Source: a virus
Virus record (IMG/VR): IMGVR_UViG_3300010354_000067
Span: 1 to 64,000 of that record
Length of the DNA stretch: 64,000 bases
Strand: one strand, 5' to 3'
Every line of letters begins with the position of its first letter. The stretch's first letter is position 1. A program made the translations under genes and the position numbers. Of this stretch, positions 49,280-55,874 are shown in pieces. The notes beneath the pieces were generated by a model. The model had not been told where the DNA came from and made no database searches. It saw only the letters and a list, made by a program, of their open reading frames with translations.

Positions 49280-49649
49280 TACCTATACTCCAACTGCTGG
49301 CATGAAGGCTGCTGCTAGGCGTGCCCTCAAATGGAAGGAAGAGGGTAAGGCAACTGGAGCAGGAACTCCTGTAGGCTGGGGAAGGGCAACAGACATTGTT
49401 GCGGGTAGAGCATTGTCCCTTGATACAGTAAAGCGTATGTATTCATTCTTCTCTCGTCATGAGGTTGATAAGAAGGGTAAAGATTTCTACAACACATCAA
49501 ATCCATCAAATGGTCGCATCATGTGGGACGCATGGGGTGGAGATGCAGGATTCTCTTGGTCAAGAAAGATTGTCCAAAGAGAGGATGCAAAGAAGTTGTG
49601 GAAAGGGTCAGCATTTGATGCAGATGTTGACAAAAGACAGCGCTCCTGA
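49272..49649 (+). CDS. conserved phage protein; candidate internal head protein
   Basis: AARRALKW..GT.VG..RA..LS.DTVKRMYSFFSRH..WDAWGGDAG; C-terminal KKLWKGSAF. Confidence 0.7.
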   Translation: MADTYTPTAGMKAAARRALKWKEEGKATGAGTPVGWGRATDIVAGRALSLDTVKRMYSFFSRHEVDKKGKDFYNTSNPSNGRIMWDAWGGDAGFSWSRKIVQREDAKKLWKGSAFDADVDKRQRS

Positions 49650-49655
49650 TAAAAT
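49627..49655 (+). promoter_or_regulatory. -35/-10 promoter
   Basis: TTGACA, 17 bp, TAAAAT with TGn extension. Confidence 0.75.
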
Positions 49656-49671
49656 TTATATAAAGGAGTTG

Positions 49672-50022
49672 ATGGGAATGATACCCTTCATCTTGTTTAC
49701 ATTTTCTCCATCATTTTCATATTTGTGGGGAGTAATGATAAACTTAATATATCTTGTAAGAACAGACAAAGTAGATAGAGCATTTGATACGATCATAAAA
49801 GACGTAGAAGAGCCAGAGGAAGATGAAGATATGGACGAGTTTATCAGCGTAGCGGTAATAGAGGATAGGGCGTATTGGGTAGTAGACAATACGTTTTATG
49901 TCGCAGAAATAGTAGACGGAGAAATTGATAAAACATCTTCTCGCCCTATCAATGCCTTTGAAATGTCTATAAAAGATATAAATAAAATGTTGTTCATATT
50001 GGATAATCTAGTAGAAGGATAG
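49672..50022 (+). CDS. membrane-anchored hypothetical protein
   Basis: AAAGGAG SD before ATG 49672; hydrophobic N-terminus. Confidence 0.65.
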   Translation: MGMIPFILFTFSPSFSYLWGVMINLIYLVRTDKVDRAFDTIIKDVEEPEEDEDMDEFISVAVIEDRAYWVVDNTFYVAEIVDGEIDKTSSRPINAFEMSIKDINKMLFILDNLVEG

Positions 50023-50024
50023 TA

Positions 50025-50369
50025 ATGAATATCGTTGTTCAGGGAACTAAGGAGTTCTCAGACTATAATGTATTTTTGCGTGCCATGGGCGTTGCTCTTT
50101 CAGATATTTCAGATAAGGAGTTTAACGTCTACTCCGTTGGTCCCGCGCAGGTAAATTCTTTTACTGCTGAGTTTTGTAATCGGTCAGAGAATAGCCTAAA
50201 GCAGCGAGGGATCAAGACAAAGTTCTATCGTGTTCCATCCTCATACATTGAGGAGAATCTTGATAGTTTTGACTATTTTGCTTTTCTTTCAGCACCAAGT
50301 CAGAAGCCATCACGACTGGTTGCTTCAGCAGAACTTCATGGGATCGAAGTAGGAATCTTTAGGTACTAA
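50025..50369 (+). CDS. YspA/SLOG-like protein
   Basis: MNIVVQGTKEFSDY N-terminal motif; ends A...GIEV. Confidence 0.5.
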   Translation: MNIVVQGTKEFSDYNVFLRAMGVALSDISDKEFNVYSVGPAQVNSFTAEFCNRSENSLKQRGIKTKFYRVPSSYIEENLDSFDYFAFLSAPSQKPSRLVASAELHGIEVGIFRY

Positions 50370-50377
50370 GGATAATA

Positions 50378-50758
50378 ATGATTAGTAATAGGGATAATGC
50401 CTATCTTAGTGTTGCACGCTATTGTGCAAAGAAGTCTTCCGCAAGAAAGATGCATGGCGCTATTGTTGTAAAGGGCGGAAGAGTATTGGGAACTGGATTT
50501 AACAGAAATAGGAATAATCCAAATATTGTTTCTCCAGAGCATATCAAGACAGAATGCTCGTATCATGCAGAAGAGTCTGCTATTCGTGATGCTGGAAACG
50601 ATGTTCGTGGAGCAATCATTTATGTAGCAAGAGTAAATAGACATGGAGAAGATCGTGATAGTAAGCCATGTCCCAAGTGCTTGACTCTAATCAAGGAGTC
50701 TGGAATCAAAAGAGTAATCTACACAACAAGTTCAGGGAGAATTGATGTTCATCACTAG
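50378..50758 (+). CDS. cytidine/dCMP deaminase-family protein
   Basis: HGAIVV..G.N, HAE and PCPKC. Confidence 0.88.
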   Translation: MISNRDNAYLSVARYCAKKSSARKMHGAIVVKGGRVLGTGFNRNRNNPNIVSPEHIKTECSYHAEESAIRDAGNDVRGAIIYVARVNRHGEDRDSKPCPKCLTLIKESGIKRVIYTTSSGRIDVHH

Positions 50759-50963
50759 TTTGTCAGAGATGGAGCAGATTGTTGCTTCACGTTCAGACCT
50801 TCATTGGGAAGGCTGGGACGTAGTGCGTTACAAGAAGAACCCAAATGCACAGTTTGATGTGACTGGCGTTTTTAGAAATGGTTCTTGGCACAAGCGTTAC
50901 GTTTTTCCAATCACTGAGGATGGATGGTCCATTCCACATAGCATTGGAAATCGTGATGCATAA
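50745..50963 (+). CDS. hypothetical protein
   Basis: GGGAG SD; LHWEGWDVV. Confidence 0.7.
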   Translation: MFITSLSEMEQIVASRSDLHWEGWDVVRYKKNPNAQFDVTGVFRNGSWHKRYVFPITEDGWSIPHSIGNRDA

Positions 50964-51237
50964 ATGGAAAGATAAAGCAAAGTGTCTTGGAATGGACACC
51001 AATATATTTTTTGATAAGTATGAAGAGGATCAAAAGATTGCAGCGAGCATAGATCTTTTATGTAGAGATTGCCCAGTAAATAGACAGTGTTTTGCCGTAG
51101 GTGTCTCCAACAAGGAATGGGGAGTCTGGGGTGGTGTTTATTTAAAAGAGGGAAACATCGACAAGGAGTTTAATGCTCATAAGACAAAGCAGTCATGGTT
51201 TGATACTTGGCAGTCCTTGACGATGGAGAAGAGATGA
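50956..51237 (+). CDS. whiB: WhiB-family Fe-S transcription factor
   Basis: W...AKC..FF...CRDCPV..QC...GVWGG. Confidence 0.9.
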   Translation: MHKWKDKAKCLGMDTNIFFDKYEEDQKIAASIDLLCRDCPVNRQCFAVGVSNKEWGVWGGVYLKEGNIDKEFNAHKTKQSWFDTWQSLTMEKR

Positions 51238-51497
51238 TTTATACACCCAAGATGAAGGCTCTGGTTCATTCAGTTCCAGTACCTGCTGATTTTATAATGG
51301 ACGTTGTAGAGTATGACATGTACCCGCCCTATATTGGCCTTAGATTTTATGAAAGCCACTGGAGACACATGTCTGATAGGGAGCGTCTTAAGTGTATCTC
51401 CTATCTACAAAAGGTTAAGGCTATTATTGAGTCCCATGGCGTGCCAGTAACACTTGATCCAGTGTATGACGTTCCTGGAGGACAAAAGTTAGGATGA
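51234..51497 (+). CDS. hypothetical protein
   Basis: GGAG SD; ATGA overlaps at both ends. Confidence 0.7.
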   Translation: MIYTPKMKALVHSVPVPADFIMDVVEYDMYPPYIGLRFYESHWRHMSDRERLKCISYLQKVKAIIESHGVPVTLDPVYDVPGGQKLG

Positions 51498-52453
51498 GTA
51501 TCTTTGTTTCTATAGTTTCATATCGTGATACAGAACTCTTGCCAACAATTAAAAGTATTTTACAAAATGCTGATGATCCAAGCGATCTTCATTTTGGCGT
51601 AGTGTCACAGGATCTAAAGAATAGTCATCCAGATCTTTCTTTTATCAAGCAACTCTCTTACCTTAAAATGGATTTTCGGGAGGCAAGGGGAGTTGGATAT
51701 GCTAGAAAGATTGCTATGGAAATGTATGACAATCAATCTTTTTATTTTCAAATAGACTCTCATATGCGTGCTGCTCAAGGATGGGATACAAAACTAAAAA
51801 GCATGTACGATACATGCTCTTCTTTAGAAAAAAATGAAAAGATAATCCTGAGCCAATTTCCTGCACCATATGAAATTCATACAGACGGATCAATATTCTA
51901 TCCAAAAAATCATTATGAACTTTGGGACATTCCAAGTTGGTCAAAGGTTCACAACAGAGATCACGGAGCATGGTCAGCAACAAGACAAATAATTAAAGAC
52001 CTTTCTGTGCCACATATATCAGAAACAGTTCTGGCTGGATATCTTTTTGCCCCCAAGCCTTTCGTAAAAGAAATTCCATACGATGAAAGAATATCTTTTA
52101 TGGGAGAAGAACTTTGTATAGCAATCAGAGCCTATACGAGAGGTTGGAAGATATATGCTCCAAATGAAATGCTTCTTTGGCATTTCTATAAAAGAAAGTT
52201 AAGCCCAAAGATTTGGAATCAAAATGATGATATTAAGAGGCCGCTGAAGTGGGTAGAAATGGAAATGGAGTCTAAGAAGGTACAGAAAAATATTCTGCTT
52301 GGTAATGAGACAGGGTTATATGGAATCGATAACCATGACAAGTATCTTGAGTACCAAGACTTTATTGGAATTAACTTTGCTGACTTTTATAAGAATGAGA
52401 TAAACAAAAAGGTGAACAACTCGTTAAGAGTAGAAGAAATAATGTTTCCGTGA
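51494..52453 (+). CDS. GT-A glycosyltransferase resembling the GT60/GlcNAc-transferase family
   Basis: IFVSIVSYRD, EARG.GYAR, QIDSHMR, GEE..IAIRAYTRGW and WHFY. Confidence 0.8.
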   Translation: MSIFVSIVSYRDTELLPTIKSILQNADDPSDLHFGVVSQDLKNSHPDLSFIKQLSYLKMDFREARGVGYARKIAMEMYDNQSFYFQIDSHMRAAQGWDTKLKSMYDTCSSLEKNEKIILSQFPAPYEIHTDGSIFYPKNHYELWDIPSWSKVHNRDHGAWSATRQIIKDLSVPHISETVLAGYLFAPKPFVKEIPYDERISFMGEELCIAIRAYTRGWKIYAPNEMLLWHFYKRKLSPKIWNQNDDIKRPLKWVEMEMESKKVQKNILLGNETGLYGIDNHDKYLEYQDFIGINFADFYKNEINKKVNNSLRVEEIMFP

Positions 52454-52532
52454 CTATAATCATAGTCATTTTGTTTGACCAATGAACAAATTTCTGGTAC
52501 GATATATGTATCACCCAAAAGGAGGAATTTAC

Positions 52533-52688
52533 ATGAAGGCACTTTCACGCCTATTTGCGAATCTTTTCACAAGCCCTGCCACAAGCAGCATAGAAAAGAT
52601 GCACAGAGAATGGGATCGTCAGAGGGCAAAGGCAATGTCCCCAAGCGAACTTTCTGAAATTGATGCAATATTTGCCCGTCACATCTAA
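52533..52688 (+). CDS. small hypothetical protein
   Basis: AAGGAGG SD before ATG 52533. Confidence 0.7.
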   Translation: MKALSRLFANLFTSPATSSIEKMHREWDRQRAKAMSPSELSEIDAIFARHI

Positions 52689-52718
52689 TTGACAATCATC
52701 CACTCCATACGATATAAT
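52689..52718 (+). promoter_or_regulatory. -35/-10 promoter embedded in a 12-bp inverted repeat
   Basis: TTGACA, 18 bp, TATAAT; TCATCCACTCCA / TGGAGTGGATGA. Confidence 0.75.
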
Positions 52719-52779
52719 TTTGGAGTGGATGAGTCATATGATGAGGACTATCTATCATCATACTACGAAGGAGATTTAA

Positions 52780-52959
52780 GTGCTGGATGCCAGAGGAATA
52801 CCAACTAGAGAGTGTCCCAGTTGTGCATCATGCCTGTTTACTGTTCAGGTAGTGTTTGATGATCAATACGAGATCGGCATGTACCTTCTTGATGCAGAGT
52901 GTGCGATGTGTCATACCAAGGTGACCGCTCCTACACCATTGGATTTGGTAGAACAATGA
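52780..52959 (+). CDS. small zinc-ribbon protein (59 aa, below track cutoff)
   Basis: GAAGGAG SD, GTG start; RGIPTRECPSC...ECAMC..TAPTP. Confidence 0.75.
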   Translation: MLDARGIPTRECPSCASCLFTVQVVFDDQYEIGMYLLDAECAMCHTKVTAPTPLDLVEQ

Positions 52960-53192
52960 CAGAGTTCTATGCAAAAATTGTGCCAACAGACAAGGGGATG
53001 TTTAGATTTCGTGCAACAATATGGAGATCAGAAAATAATATTGATAGCCCTTGGATGACTAGAGGATTTTTTACCATCAATGCAGCAAGAAGATGGTCAA
53101 TTAGAAATATAACAAAACTAGTATTCTTTCATAATAAAATGCTATTTATAAAAGAACAGGACATAGTAAGGAGAAAGTGGAATGAGCAATGA
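52956..53192 (+). CDS. hypothetical basic protein
   Basis: ATGA overlap with the previous ORF. Confidence 0.6.
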   Translation: MTEFYAKIVPTDKGMFRFRATIWRSENNIDSPWMTRGFFTINAARRWSIRNITKLVFFHNKMLFIKEQDIVRRKWNEQ

Positions 53193-53352
53193 AGAACTTC
53201 TACAGAAAGTTTTAAGCGCAACAATCGAAAGATTTGGAAAGCAGTCAATAGCACATGAAGCAGAGATTGCAAACCTTTCCTCTCAGATTTTTATTCTATC
53301 TTCTCAGATAGAAGAACTAAAGTCTGATAAGCCAGCAAAAAATAAAGAATAG
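53182..53352 (+). CDS. small coiled-coil protein (56 aa)
   Basis: AAGGAG SD; MSNEELLQKVL...HEAEIANLSSQI. Confidence 0.7.
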   Translation: MSNEELLQKVLSATIERFGKQSIAHEAEIANLSSQIFILSSQIEELKSDKPAKNKE

Positions 53353-53361
53353 TGATATAAT
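53353..53361 (+). promoter_or_regulatory. extended -10 promoter, leaderless
   Basis: TGATATAAT ends 6 nt before ATG 53368. Confidence 0.7.
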
Positions 53362-53367
53362 CACATT

Positions 53368-53655
53368 ATGTATAGATTTATGTTGAATGACATTAGCAAG
53401 CGTGATTATAATACTGCTGCTCGCCGTAGAATGGCTGAATCAGGTCAGGCTATGCCAGACGGATCATTTCCTATTGCCAATCGTGCAGACTTGCAGAATG
53501 CCATTCAGTCAGTTGGTCGTGCGAGCAACTATGAGGCTGCTCGTCGTCATATCATCTCCCGCGCCCGTGCGTTAGGAGCAGAGGATATGCTTCCAGAGGA
53601 CTGGAAGAAGTCAGAGAAGTCAATGTTCTCTAATGTCCTATCACCAAGATGGTAA
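53368..53655 (+). CDS. DUF6582-like helical protein; candidate internal head protein
   Basis: AMPDGSFPIANRADLQNAI..VGRA...HII.RARALG...LPEDW; C-terminal KSMFSNVL. Confidence 0.65.
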   Translation: MYRFMLNDISKRDYNTAARRRMAESGQAMPDGSFPIANRADLQNAIQSVGRASNYEAARRHIISRARALGAEDMLPEDWKKSEKSMFSNVLSPRW

Positions 53656-53807
53656 GCATTTTTGAAGATGATAGCGAATATGTTTGCGTATCACATAACA
53701 TGCTAATTCCATGCCCAATGGGGGACAATCATCTTGTTTCTAATTGGCCCACTGATGTTGCAAAGGTTCTTGACACCATTGCAAATCACAAGTATAATAA
53801 CGAGTAA
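53649..53807 (+). CDS. small hypothetical protein (52 aa)
   Basis: MVSIFEDDSEYVCVSHNMLIPC...; fills the gap. Confidence 0.55.
   Translation: MVSIFEDDSEYVCVSHNMLIPCPMGDNHLVSNWPTDVAKVLDTIANHKYNNE
53770..53798 (+). promoter_or_regulatory. consensus -35/-10 promoter
   Basis: TTGACA, 17 bp, TATAAT. Confidence 0.85.
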
Positions 53808-53827
53808 CTACTACAGTTAGGCAATCA

Positions 53828-54322
53828 ATGCAAACCTTTGTTCCATTTGCAGACTTTGCTGAGTCTGCTTCTGTTCTTGACAGTAAGCGACTTAACAAGC
53901 AACTGCTTGAAGGTCGTCAAATTTATCAAATTATTTCTACCAATAAAGATCGTGGTGCGTGGGTAAATCATCCAGCAGTAAAAATGTGGCGCAACTGTGA
54001 CGTTGCCCTATTTCAATATCTTGCTGCTGTCAAGAATGAGTGCGTTAATCGCGGTATCCAGACTGATAAAAACTGGTCTACTATTCTCTACATGCATCAG
54101 AACAATTGGTATCGTGGCGATAATCTTGTTATGCCTGCATGGTGGGGCGATGAGCGGGTACACCAGTCTCATCGCAACAATCTATATGTAAAAGATCCAG
54201 ACTACTATGCACAGTTTTCACACGACAATCGTGTAACTTGTTGTGATAAGTGTAACTACTTCTGGCCTACCCATACGCTATACTATAACGCAGAATTTGG
54301 AGGATATGTAAATGTCGGATAA
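53828..54322 (+). CDS. pyrimidine dimer DNA glycosylase-like (MSMEG_6728/endonuclease V family)
   Basis: MQTF.P..SA..LD.KRL.KQ..E..QI; HPAVKMW; SHRNNL..KDPDYY. Confidence 0.85.
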   Translation: MQTFVPFADFAESASVLDSKRLNKQLLEGRQIYQIISTNKDRGAWVNHPAVKMWRNCDVALFQYLAAVKNECVNRGIQTDKNWSTILYMHQNNWYRGDNLVMPAWWGDERVHQSHRNNLYVKDPDYYAQFSHDNRVTCCDKCNYFWPTHTLYYNAEFGGYVNVG

Positions 54323-54506
54323 GCAACTTACAGAAGAGCAGGAGAGGGCACTACGAGATCTTGAAAGTGCTAGTCAAAATCTCAGGCGTGCAGCAGGAGG
54401 TAAGGTTGGAGAGTCTGCTGAGAAGGCCTATGGTCAAGCATATACACGATGCTATCAACTTGGTCTGAAGCAATATCCGCCTACTGTTTGTAGATCAACA
54501 CGTTGA
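54312..54506 (+). CDS. hypothetical protein
   Basis: GGAGG SD. Confidence 0.7.
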   Translation: MSDKQLTEEQERALRDLESASQNLRRAAGGKVGESAEKAYGQAYTRCYQLGLKQYPPTVCRSTR

Positions 54507-54531
54507 CAAATGCCTGCCCCTAGGCTAAAAT
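54503..54531 (+). promoter_or_regulatory. -35/-10 promoter for the tRNA cluster
   Basis: TTGACA, 17 bp, TAAAAT. Confidence 0.75.
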
Positions 54532-54543
54532 ATAGGGGTACAC

Positions 54544-54614
54544 GCGACTGTGGTGTAGAGGTAACACAAGTGCCTTCCAAGCATTTATCGCCAGTTCGAT
54601 TCTGGTCAGTCGCT
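54544..54614 (+). tRNA. tRNA-Gly (UCC)
   Basis: GCGACTG/CAGTCGC; AGTGC-CT TCC AA-GCATT; TTCGATT loop. Confidence 0.9.
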
Positions 54615-54650
54615 CGCTTGGGAAGTTGATGTTTTGTCATAATTAAATAA

Positions 54651-54723
54651 CTCGCTGTAGTTCAGGGGACAGAACGCGAAACTTCTAATTTCGATGCCGC
54701 AGGTTCGAATCCTGCCAGCGAGA
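54651..54723 (+). tRNA. tRNA-Arg (UCU)
   Basis: CTCGCTG/CAGCGAG; CGAAA-CT TCT AA-TTTCG. Confidence 0.92.
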
Positions 54724-54727
54724 CTGA

Positions 54728-54810
54728 GCGGGATAGTCCCCAAGGTGGGGAAGCGGTCTGTAAAACCGTCGCCTTCGGCATGGTTGGTTCGATTCCAACA
54801 TCCCGCACCA
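54728..54810 (+). tRNA. tRNA-Tyr (GUA)
   Basis: GCGGGAT/ATCCCGC-A-CCA; GCGGT-CT GTA AA-ACCGT; long variable arm. Confidence 0.88.
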
Positions 54811-54840
54811 TTGACAACTACATAGTGATACCGATATAAT
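54811..54840 (+). promoter_or_regulatory. -35/-10 promoter
   Basis: TTGACA, 18 bp, TATAAT, directly after the tRNA CCA. Confidence 0.75.
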
Positions 54841-54875
54841 ATACCTATCGTTAAAAATTAGTGATAGGATAGATT

Positions 54876-55094
54876 ATGGATACCATGACAGAAGAGAAGT
54901 CAGACACGCTCAACGCTCATGATCGATGTGATTCATGTGGCAGCCAAGCATTTGTTTGGGTTAATGGAGTAGCAGGAGATCTTCTTTTCTGCCGTCATCA
55001 TTTTCTTAAGCATGAGGACAAGTTGCGAGAGTATGCTTTTGAAATTATTGATGAGACTTGGAAGATTAATGAGAAGAGTGAATCTTCCGCATAA
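54876..55094 (+). CDS. small zinc-binding protein of an actinobacterial type
   Basis: LNAHDRCDSCGSQA...LLFCRHH. Confidence 0.75.
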   Translation: MDTMTEEKSDTLNAHDRCDSCGSQAFVWVNGVAGDLLFCRHHFLKHEDKLREYAFEIIDETWKINEKSESSA

Positions 55095-55164
55095 TAAATT
55101 TTAATAGGATAAAATATAGCAAGGCCAGAGAACAATCCCTGCGTAAGTAAATTGCTCTGGTTAC

Positions 55165-55237
55165 GCCTCAATAACTCAGTTGGTAGAGTGTCATACTTGT
55201 AATATGAATGTCGGCGGTTCGATTCCGTCTTGAGGCT
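55165..55237 (+). tRNA. tRNA-Thr (UGU)
   Basis: GCCTCAA/TTGAGGC; TCATA-CT TGT AA-TATGA. Confidence 0.92.
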
Positions 55238-55298
55238 CCGCCATAAATGATATATGAGTGCCGCACGGCGAGGCTCTGATCAGGCTCATATATCGCTT

Positions 55299-55371
55299 GC
55301 CCCCATCGTCTAGAGGCCTAGGATAAAGGATTTTCACTCCTTCGGCACGGGTTCGAATCCCGTTGGGGGTA
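55299..55371 (+). tRNA. tRNA-Glu (UUC)
   Basis: GCCCCCA/TGGGGGT; AAGGA-TT TTC AC-TCCTT. Confidence 0.92.
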
Positions 55372-55375
55372 CAAA

Positions 55376-55447
55376 GGATCATTAACTCAGTGGTAGAGTG
55401 TTTCGTTTACACCGAAAAGGTCGGAGGTTCGAATCCTTCATGATCCA
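55376..55447 (+). tRNA. tRNA-Val (UAC)
   Basis: GGATCAT/ATGATCC; TTTCG-TT TAC AC-CGAAA. Confidence 0.92.
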
Positions 55448-55448
55448 C

Positions 55449-55519
55449 TCCCCGTTGGTGTAACGGCAGCACAACTGACTCTGACTCAGTTAGTCGTAGT
55501 TCGAATCTATGGCGGGGAG
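55449..55519 (+). tRNA. tRNA-Gln (CUG)
   Basis: TCCCCGT/GCGGGGA; ACTGA-CT CTG AC-TCAGT. Confidence 0.9.
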
Positions 55520-55542
55520 CGCAAGACAATCTAAGGAGAAAA

Positions 55543-55755
55543 ATGTATACAAGAATTATCCTAGGCAACGATATTTGGTTTGTTGTTGACGAGGCAGTAG
55601 AAGATATCGTTGCAAAGTTTAACGATAATTCTTCTGTCATTACTGCACGAGTTATTGACGGATATGACGTTTCAGTTATTAAGAGTAAGATTCTGTGTTT
55701 CGTTTCTGTTAGCATTACACAGGAACTAAATATTGAAGTGCCTGAAGAAGAGTAA
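55543..55755 (+). CDS. hypothetical protein within the tRNA cluster
   Basis: AAGGAG SD. Confidence 0.7.
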   Translation: MYTRIILGNDIWFVVDEAVEDIVAKFNDNSSVITARVIDGYDVSVIKSKILCFVSVSITQELNIEVPEEE

Positions 55756-55757
55756 CA

Positions 55758-55789
55758 ATGTTTCCCACATTCTTGTAGTGTGGGAACAT
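55758..55789. terminator. hairpin between the ORF and tRNA-Leu
   Basis: ATGTTTCCCACAT...GTGTGGGAACAT. Confidence 0.5.
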
Positions 55790-55791
55790 AA

Positions 55792-55874
55792 GGCCAAGTG
55801 GTGGAACGGCAGACACGCTTGACTCAAAATCAAGTGCCCGAAAGGGCGTGAGGGTTCGAATCCCTCCTTGGCTA
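55792..55874 (+). tRNA. tRNA-Leu (CAA)
   Basis: GGCCAAG/CTTGGCT; CTTGA-CT CAA AA-TCAAG; variable arm GCCC-GAAA-GGGC. Confidence 0.92.

Noticed and set aside
52725-52808. Tiny ORFs after the 52689 promoter (GTG 52725, 27 aa; ATG 52729, 16 aa)
   Set aside because: Too short to support, and I cannot choose between the frames from sequence alone
345-54640. Numerous minus-strand and alternate-frame track ORFs overlapping long genes (e.g. 8451-8834, 20303-20779, 40406-40846)
   Set aside because: Shadows of biased coding sequence, with no SD, promoter or recognisable motif
55238-55298. tRNA-associated HDV-like (theta) or hammerhead ribozyme, or SAH riboswitch
   Set aside because: No adequate P1/L3/J4-2 arrangement; CTGATCA is not CTGATGA and there is no GAAA; only the CAGGCTC fragment resembles the SAH aptamer
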